Assembly (NCBI RefSeq): GCF_036321535.1
Contig: NC_087436.1
Location: forward strand, 94,304,001 to 94,368,000
Length of the DNA: 64,000 nucleotides
Reading direction: 5' to 3'
Source of the DNA: Camelus dromedarius
Taxonomy: Eukaryota
The notes under the pieces were generated by a model. It saw only the letters and a list, made by a program, of their open reading frames with translations. It made no database searches and had not been told where the DNA came from. This document shows, piece by piece, positions 55,851 to 64,000 of the stretch (position 1 is the stretch's first letter; every line of letters starts with the position of its first letter). Made by a program: the position numbers and the translations under genes.

Positions 55851-58389
55851 GAGCTTCAGTTTCAGGTGCCAATAAAAAGCAAAGATGTTTTCTTCCCTTT
55901 TGGGATCACTGTATTATTAGACTGCCCCCGAAGCCTGCTCCATTTTTTTTTCCTCTTAAACTCTGCTATCCTTAGTTTCTTCTATGTTCTGGCTTGAAAT
56001 GTTCAGTGTTTTCAGGTACACCAGTTTTTCACCCTTGCTTTCTGGTGGTGGTGCTTATGCTTACTGGTTTTTTCTTCCCCCTGCTTCCCTCCCTTTGCAA
56101 TTACTTTTTATTCCACCATCAGTGTTTTTCGTAGCGAAACGAAATAGCCAACTGACAAAGTATTCCTTTGCGTCGAAGAGACTGTCAGTGTTGCTATAGT
56201 AATTGCTTTAAACTGAGTGGAAGTTTGGGGGAAATGCAAGTGAATTGTTATCTTCATTTAAGTCTAATTGAAACACTTACTCACGAAGACATTCTAGTTT
56301 TTTGGTTTTGTTTTTTTTAAGAAACCAGTAATCTTTAAGCAGACTCCTGGGGATGGATGGTAAATTTTCTAATGAAACCAACCACACAGGGAAAAAAGAG
56401 ATGTTTTCCTTTTGTATTATTTTTGTATTTTTTAAAATCCCTTGAGCCCCTGTTAAGAAATTGCAATACAGACACCTCTATTAATGTTTTTATTAATTTC
56501 AAAACAGGAAAGTTTTAACAAAGTACCTAGAATCTCAAGATACAGCTTATTGCTGAGAACCTAACATTACCTCTGCCTGAACAGCTATTAAAAGAGACTA
56601 ATAAGTGATATATGCCACTTTATGAATGAAAGAACACCAGTAATTATAAACTTCAAACAAATCTAGCAAGTTAGAATTAATTTTGTTCATATGAAATATG
56701 TTCACCATGTTAATAAAAACTGGCATTTAAATTCTTGATTTTTTTTTTTTTTTTTTGAACATTGTTAAGGATTCATCACATTTTAGATCTGGACAATAAG
56801 AAATAAAGTATTCTTAACATTGGAAAATGTATTCCATGCTAGCAAGACATCATCCGGGCTGAGTATTTAAAGAAAAACAAACAGTTTGCTTACTATACCA
56901 AATAAAGAAAAAAAGTCAGTACTTTAAAGTCTGAAATTCAGACTCAAAGGAAGAACAAAGCAATCTTTACTCAACAGTCACAATGCCAGCTTTCTTTGTG
57001 AATATTTATAAAGCGTTTCTGCTTCCTTATTGGTTTAAACTCTAAGCCAATAGGAAAAGTACACGTCTTTTAAAGGTTGAGACATTAGCATTGGGTTAAA
57101 CATTGGATAAATGGGTTGTTTATCATGCTCATTCTCATTCCAGATGGTGTATCTTTTAATTTAAAAGAAGAAATTTAAGACTTTGAGTTTTTGAGTATTT
57201 CAATGTACCTTGAATACCAAGGTACTACTCCTGATCACACTCTGCTCTCTGTAATCTTCCAACTGGTTGTTACAGTATTTAATTCTCTAAAATGCCAGAT
57301 AAATCTGAAGAATGACAAAATGCTGCCTCTTAACACTTTAAGATGAACTCTGGCATTTCTTTAGATGAAAGACTGGCCTTTAAGGAAATAATAAAGTTTA
57401 CATTTTGGAAAATATCTTGGATTTTTGTAAATAAAATAACAGTGCATTTTAAGTAAATCTTTTATATTTGTCTAAAGCATCTTTAGTCTAATGAATAAAT
57501 TCTAAACATGCTTGTTTATATTAATGTTTAAAAACATCAGTGATTTCCTCCCAGTCACACATAATCTATGTCACCTTTGCATTCCTATACTTTGATTTTT
57601 GACTTGGAGCATTCTGCTTAATTATGATTATTTAAAAATTTATAATCTCCCTTAGTAGATCATCAATTCCTTGAAGATGGGTTCTGTTTTCCATTCTGCC
57701 TTGTATTCCTCACTGCCAAACTCAGAACCTTGTACAAATAAATAGCCCTTGGACATGTGATAAGTGAAAGAATGAGCATTACTCTATGGCACAGCATTTT
57801 TTTCAAAAGAAAATGTCTCAGGATTTTTTTCCTCTTTTACATGATAGCTGACAAATACTTGTTCTCATTCCCAAGTAAACTTAGAATAACACTTTGTAAG
57901 AACTTTATTAAAAGAAAATAAGGACCAACATATGTTGGAACTCCTGTTTTTCAGTTTTATGTCTGGTAGAAACTAGATAGTGGGTAATAGTCCTGTTATC
58001 TAAAGTTAGTAATATCAATGGGCTTATCTTTATAAAATATTTCTTTACCACACTTAACAGGAGCTGCAAGCTCTATGGCCTTGGGAATATTACTTTAAGC
58101 CCTCTAAAACTCAGTTTTCTCATCTCGCAAATACAGTCGTTTTTATCTACTTTCTGATTAATTGAAATAATGAAAGCATATATAAGTAAGGGCTCAACAG
58201 ATGTTAGTTATTACTTGCTGATATTAGTGGACTTAATCATAAAGAAAAAGTAATTTTCTTTATGCAATTATTTATCTATAAAAGGCAGACATGTAAGTGC
58301 TGTTAAGAAAAAAGAGGAGGAAACAAATATCCTGAGGGAAGGATGAAGATACTAGGATGAAGATCTACTGAGAGGAGATAAACTTTTAA

Positions 58390-58600
58390 GAATTGAAATT
58401 TACTAAGAGAATAGCTCTTAAGTGTTCTCAGCGCACACACACACACACAAACACTCAAAAGGTAACATAACTATGAGAAGTGATGGATGTGTTCATCGTA
58501 GCAAGCATTTCACAATGTATACCTATATCAAATCATCATGTTGTGCACTTTATGTACAGTTTTGTCAATTATACCTCAATAAAGCTGGGGGAAGGGGAAG
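58390..58600 (+). mobile_element. L1MA-like extreme 3' end
   Basis: ttcacaatgtatacctatatcaaatcatcatgttgt...tatacctcaataaagctggg. Confidence 0.75.
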
Positions 58601-58946
58601 GGAGAATTAAAGGGGAAAAGTCAATCTGTTAAAAAACCAAATGACAGCAACAACAAAACCCCAAATCCTGCCACTCCTACAGAAATGGACTTCCAATAGA
58701 CCTCAGACCTAGATCCACTCTTGAGAAGTTTATCTGTTTTTCCCACTTTCTCCATAAGCGAATGGGCAGACATGACGCATTCTCCAAGCTTGACATGCAA
58801 AGGTAGAAATAGAAGTGACAAAAGAGAGTATAAAAAAACAAACAAACAAACAAAAAAAAAACACCTAGAGAACTAGAACCACAGAATGGATGGCAAGGAC
58901 AGCTTCCTTGTGCCTGGGATAATCCTTTTGTGATTAGGATAGCAAC

Positions 58947-59431
58947 TGTAACAAAGAAGAACAGATATGACTCCATATTAGATCTGTTCCTTTGGCTCTA
59001 ACCCTGTGCTTTGTTTCTTGTGGTTAGTCATGCTGGTTTTACGGCTTTTATAAAAGAATATCTCAAGGCTCTGACCTTTAAGAGTATAACACTTTCCCAT
59101 TCACATGAAGATAAAAAGTTGCAGAATAGAAAGTAATATATGTCTTGTTGAAGGTTTACAGGGACACCATGACCTGACCCACATGGACAGCTGCAAGAAC
59201 AAAGGATTCGGACACCAAGAAGTCGGCAACAACCAATCACACACCCTCCTCTTCTTAGTATAAAACGAGCCTGAATTCTGACTTGAGGAAGATGGTTCTC
59301 CAGGATATTAGTCTGCTATCTTCTTGGTCTGCTGGCTGTCTGAATAAAGTCATTATTTCTTGCCCCAACACCTCGTCTCCGATTTTTTGGCCTGTCGTGC
59401 AACAAGCAGTACGAGTTTGGACTTGATAACA
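58947..59431 (+). mobile_element. ERV 5' LTR (TG...CA) with CCAAT 59233, TATAAAA 59259, AATAAA 59343
   Basis: Starts TGTAAC, ends ATAACA, followed by a TGGCG PBS-like site; direct repeat of 63702-64000. Confidence 0.92.
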
Positions 59432-59847
59432 AATGTTGGCGAAGCTACTCATGGCCAGCCAGCCCCAGTTGGGGAATTTTGGGATAGGCCCCAGCAGCTG
59501 CCAGGACCACTTGTCCTGAGGATTTTCCCTTCAAAATTCCCTGAAGTGGCTGCCCCAGCGCTTGGCAGTTGGAACTAGGAAGTTGACATCTGGGAGCCAA
59601 TGGGCTCCTTAAAGTAGGGTAAGTCGCTCTGGTGTGTATAGTCGGAAACTTTATTCCTCTCCAATCGGGGCTTTTTCTCCAGAATAAGTCCATTTGTTTT
59701 GTATTTGAGTGGGGTACCCTGTTGGAGAGCGGAAATAGTTGTTGGACTTTTACCTGGTTTGTGAACCAGTTCATTTGTTTCTTTGGATGCTAGTGTTTAT
59801 GTGTGCCATTTGTGTTTTGTTTCTCTTGTATACTTGTTTTTTAAAAA

Positions 59848-61091
59848 ATAAGGAATATTTCAACTGTCCTTAAACGAAGTCCTCCAAGGCACATTTTGGA
59901 TAAGTGGTCTGATTACAGCTATGAACCCATGCCTAAGAAAAAGATGAACAATGTGTGACCATAGTACCTGTTCCCATCTCAGGGTTTTGTTTATGCAGGG
60001 TTATCTGCATATACTGCCACCCTTGCTATGTTAATTACATTGTTTGTGTCATCGGTATATATAAAGCCCCAAGACCAAACCTAAGCGTTTATTCACGGTT
60101 TTGTGTTTGCCCTTTGGTTTTTCATTTCATTTTGTCTTACTACCATTTCTCCATTTAACAACCAAGTCAGTTTTATGATATTTAAAATTTTACTGATGTC
60201 AAACAGAGGAAAAGAACAGAAAAAAAAAAAATCCTATCTGTTCTTGTCTGAGAGTGGGATGTTCCCAGAGAGAATAGAAAGGTTCCACTTGGTTCCTAAA
60301 ATCACCAAAGCCCCAGACCAGAATTCAGCCTGGTTGGTTGATGCCAAGGAAAAATGGTTAGAGAGGATCAGTTGCTATTTATAGTTTTACAATAAAATGC
60401 TGAGGATTGGTGGCCTTTGAATATCTCTATACAATCCTTCAATTATTGATATTCTGTGAAAAAGCAGGGAAGAATGATGAAATCCCGTATGTGCAAGTAT
60501 TTGTGCTATTATATCAGGGGAAATAAGGAAAGGAAATGAATGAGAGTTAGGCCTTCAAACCTTAACTCCGCTGGCTGAGCTAGTGGTCCCAGCTACTCCA
60601 GCCACTATGCCAATGTATCCACCCCTTCCACTGTCTCCCATTCCTACACAGCCAGCCCCAATTACCAACACTGGGCCTCGGGTAGTGGTCGGACTGGCTC
60701 CCCCTCCTTCTGGAATCAATTGGAAAATCCTGTGTTAGTTCCTGGGGCACAGGGACCTGCTCTGGTATTGCCATCTAAGACCTGACAGGACACCTAGTTT
60801 GGACCAAGAGCCACTCTCGGCATAGGACAACTTCCCCTACACCATTATCCCATAGAGAACCTAAATGCAAATAGCCAGCAGGCTGGGTTTAATAGAATTA
60901 AATAAATCCAGCAAAAAACAAATAAAAACCCCTCTGAACTTTTGGGAAGGATTTATCAGGTCTACAGCAGATCACCCGAGGCCCCTGAAAATGCTAGAAT
61001 GCTAAATATGAGAAAAATTGCAAAAATTAGATGATGCATTTGGATTGAACCCTTCTCAATTGGTAGATGTTGTTTTTAAAAGTGTTAAACA
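59848..61091 (+). pseudogene. gag: ERV gag remnant (MA split by an insert, proline-rich region, partly deleted CA)
   Basis: Hand translation: SPPRHILDKW..YEPMPKKKM..NNV*P*Y; WPLN..TILQL..FCEKAGKNDEIPYVQVF; MYPPLP; NPSELLGRIYQVY; RKLQKLDDAFGLNPSQLVDVVF. Confidence 0.85.
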
Positions 61092-61976
61092 ACTTTACCC
61101 AAGGTTGCCCTTATATCCTTTATCACCACCTCACTCAGCTCAGCTTCCTTGAGCCTATGCTGTCCCTCTTTGTTTTGGAGAAGTTTAATTTACCAGCTAG
61201 ATATGTGGGACCGGTATTCCTGGGTTTGGCACTATCCTATGCCATTTCTTCACCACCATTGGGCCTACTCGGTGATAAAATGCCACATCTAAAGAAATGG
61301 CTTCTGGTTTTTGGAAACTTAATTCCAGCAGGATGCTACCTGCTCTTAGAGCCTGTCCCAGTCTTGCACATTAAGAGGTGATGGCCCTTCAGAAAGTGAG
61401 GCACCCAGGTGGCTTTCAAGAGAACAGATTTTTGTGTTGATGTCAGCAGCTTCCATTAACGTGGATTCCATCATGTGCTGTTCTATCCTTGGGCCCTTTC
61501 CCCCAAGGTGGCTGAAGAAAAAAAGGAGCTAGCAATACAGTTTTTGGTATGACCTCTGGATATTATACTTTGTTGGACTTGCTGGCATTTGTCATATTTG
61601 GAAAATATCTTACACATATTGGAGCAAAATTTACGTTTGTAATAGGCATGTTTGTCGCAGTAGGAATTACAGTTCTCTTTGGTGTATTGGACCACATTCT
61701 AGAAGGACCAGTGTTCACTGGTATGTGTTTTTTAGTGAGAATAACTGGTGCAGTAAGTTTCGCTGCAGCAATAACTGCATCTTCTTCTGTCCTTACAAAG
61801 ACATTTCCAAATAATGTGGGTACAGTATTGGGAAGTCTTGATACTTTTTCTGGACTGGCCTAATGCTAGGGCCTCCTTTAGGTGGTTTCTTGTATCAGTC
61901 CTTTGCCTATGCAGTACCTTTTGTTTTTCTGGGATGCATAGTTCATGTGTATTTTACCTAATTATGAAGTCTGATC
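61092..61976 (+). pseudogene. SLC18B1: Processed, circularly permuted SLC18B1 (MFS transporter) fragment inside the ERV
   Basis: ORFs 61067..61381 (LSLFVLEKFNLPARYVG...LHIK) and 61549..61863 (HIGAKFTFV...FPNNVGTVLGSL) match the recalled SLC18B1 protein; intronless, frameshifted, C-terminal block placed before N-terminal block. Confidence 0.93.
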
Positions 61977-62039
61977 AAACAATTTTTTTAAAACATGGGA
62001 GCCTCTCATGTGATAGAGAGGAACACTCTGATGATAAAC

Positions 62040-62297
62040 AAAGAGGCCTAGGGGCTCCCTTGGACTTGAAGCACCCAATTCCAACTTCCCCACAGATGCA
62101 CTGGGTAAAATTGGCAGTGGGGAATGAGCTGATTGACTTTCTGATAGATACAGGTGCAGCATATTATGTGGTAAGCACCAAGGTGGCACAGAAAATGCCT
62201 CAATCTGTCCCACACATAGGAATCTCTAAGGCAAAGAACCATTTGTTCTTACAACCTCTAGAATGCCAGTGAGGGAACCTCACCCTGAAATATCGTT
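62040..62297 (+). pseudogene. ERV protease remnant
   Basis: LIDFLIDTGAAY active-site motif (GAT ACA GGT at 62147-62155). Confidence 0.9.
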
Positions 62298-63330
62298 TAT
62301 GGGAGAGATGCCACCTTACAATGGATTTAGAAGTATGTAATAGGGCCTAGCCTACAAAAGACCATCCAGCAACTCAGAATTGCATGATTTGTGCTAAAAA
62401 TAACCCAAGACTGTTGTCAGACCTCCCCAGATGGGGACTCAACACAGAGGACCCTGCCTCATTGAAGACTGTCAAATAGACTTTACTCAAAAAACTCGTG
62501 CTGCAGGAAATTTCAGATACCTGCTAGTGTTTGTGGATACTTTTTTAGGACAGGTAAAAGTATATCCCACACTGACAGAAAAGGCTTCCAAAGTGGTTAA
62601 AGCCCTCCTTAAGGAAATTATCCCCTGATTTGGATTGCCTAACACCCTTCAAAGTGATAACAGGCCTGCTTTTGTCTCAAGCAAGTGTCTAAAGCATTGC
62701 AAATTAGTCAGAAACTACATTCATTCTGGAGACCACAGTCAACAGGAAAAACCGAGAAAATGAATTATACATTAAAAAGGAACATTGCTAAAATATGTTA
62801 AGAGACTAATTTAACTTGGGCTAAGGCCTTGCCAGTTACCCTGCTCCAGAGTGGCTCCCAGAAGCAGGCTTAAATTAAGCCTCTTTGAAATATTGTATGG
62901 CAGGCCATTCCAGGTTCATCCCCAGGCAGGAGAATCTATAAATGCCCTAAAAGACCTAGCAGTTGCCAGTTATGTTAAAACTTTGGGCACTGTACTAACC
63001 TCTGTTCATAAGTTTGCCTCCAACATGTCTGCCTATCCAACTGAAGTAGCCTTACATCCTTCCCTATCAGGTGGAGGCTGAGTCCTCAGATGAGAACAAG
63101 GGCCTGACCATCAGCTGACTGCAAGGTGGACAGGACCACACACGTGGTATTACTTACCACACACTTGCCTGTCAAGTTAGCTGGGGTAAAGCCATGGATT
63201 CATCACACATGGATTAAAGCAGCACCACCATCATCAGAAAACAACCCAACTCCTGAGAGACCTGGGGAGTGATGGGCTTGTGAACCCTTGGAAGATTTCA
63301 GGTTGCTCTTCTTAAAAGATAAGAATTGAG
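62298..63330 (+). pseudogene. ERV integrase remnant
   Basis: CMICAKNNP zinc-binding part; QIDFTQ, YLLVFVDTF, QSDN, WRPQSTGKTEKMN, WTGPH, PWIHHT motifs, with stops and frameshifts. Confidence 0.92.
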
Positions 63331-63701
63331 ATTATTCAGGTATAATTTCATTGTACCTGAAAAAGGTCAACCTATTTGTTTAATCTTGTCCAAGTAAAGA
63401 GCATAAGAACCTGGTGTAACTATGGCACAGTCACAAAGGTAAAATTAATAGATATGTATTGGGAACTGGAACCAAAATCCCCAAGTTCAACTAAGTACTA
63501 AGGGTTTTCAAGTACTTGCAGATAAAGGAGGAAAGAGGACTGTACTACTGACTAAAGATTCTAAGGAATGTTCCCTGTCCAAGGCTGATCAATTTCATTC
63601 CATGATCACCCCCTCATCACCCAGGTTCAACAGAAAGTAGCCAGAATGTTCATTGCCCCATTCCCAACAAGATTGTGACATGGACATTGACAGTGAGTAA
63701 T

Positions 63702-64000
63702 TATAAAAGGGAAGAACAAATCTGACTCCATGTTAGATCAGTTCCTTTGGCTCAAACCCTGTGCTTTGTTTCCTGTGGTTATGCTGGTTATGTACCTTTT
63801 GTAAAGAATGTTGCCTGTTAGCCTAAAATATACAAGATAGCCCATTCTCAAGGCTCTGACCTTTAAGGATATAACACTTTCCCATTCATATAAAGACAAA
63901 AAGTTACAGAATAGAAAATAATATTTGTCTTGTTGGAGGTTTACAGGGACACCATGACTTGACCTATGTGGACAGCTGCAAGAACAAAGGATTCTGACAC
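63702..64000 (+). mobile_element. ERV 3' LTR (partial)
   Basis: Aligns to the 5' LTR (~12% mismatches by hand count) and has 35 extra nt at 63811-63845. Confidence 0.92.

Larger units (their letters stand above)
58947..64000 (+). mobile_element. Degenerate non-autonomous class I (gammaretrovirus-like) endogenous retrovirus; 3' end runs off the window
   Basis: Paired LTRs; gag MA/CA remnants; protease DTGA; integrase zinc-binding and core motifs; no RT/RNase H or env recognisable. Confidence 0.95.

Noticed and set aside
54172..55872. Many overlapping 70-299 aa ORFs on both strands
   Set aside because: Arg/Pro/Gly/Ala-rich products expected from stop-codon scarcity in a CpG island; no recognisable domain.
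59432..59470. Assignment of PBS tRNA specificity
   Set aside because: TGGCGAAGC... is too degenerate to match an 18-nt tRNA 3' end with confidence.
61377..61383. AG|GTGATG as an ordinary splice donor followed by intron
   Set aside because: The downstream sequence is SLC18B1 N-terminal coding sequence (WLSREQIFVL), not intron.
61067..61863. Functional gag-SLC18B1 fusion or an intact transporter gene
   Set aside because: Frameshifts and deletions, and a TGA immediately after the permuted junction (AG|G TGA).
63330..63700. Possible env gene
   Set aside because: Too short, with no ORF and no furin, ISD or CX6CC motif visible.

Overview
Mammalian genomic DNA, most likely camelid (three tRNA-Ala-derived SINEs of Vic-1 type; inference). 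The window holds the 5' part of N4BP2 on the minus strand: a CpG-island promoter at ~54.2-55.9 kb, a non-coding exon at 44264-44363, and 12 coding exons from 31023 down to 512. All 12 have GT-AG boundaries and consistent phase (4779 nt, 1593 codons); the remaining 3' exons lie left of the window. Introns are filled with L1, L2, MIR, MLT1 and hAT (MER3/MER20/MER58) relics, several nested. About 3 kb beyond the CpG island is a degenerate, non-autonomous class I (gamma-like) ERV on the plus strand (58947 to >64000) with two LTRs, gag/PR/IN remnants, no RT/RNase H and no env. The main finding is inside its gag: an intronless, circularly permuted copy of SLC18B1 coding sequence (61092-61976). The region encoding ...HIKS is fused directly to the far upstream region encoding (G)DxP...WLSREQ. 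This looks like a back-splice junction, i.e. a fossil of an SLC18B1 circular RNA captured by a retrovirus. A second, unidentified 3'UTR-like insert (~59968-60410) interrupts the matrix domain of the same provirus. Repeat family names and human exon numbering come from memory, not database searches.
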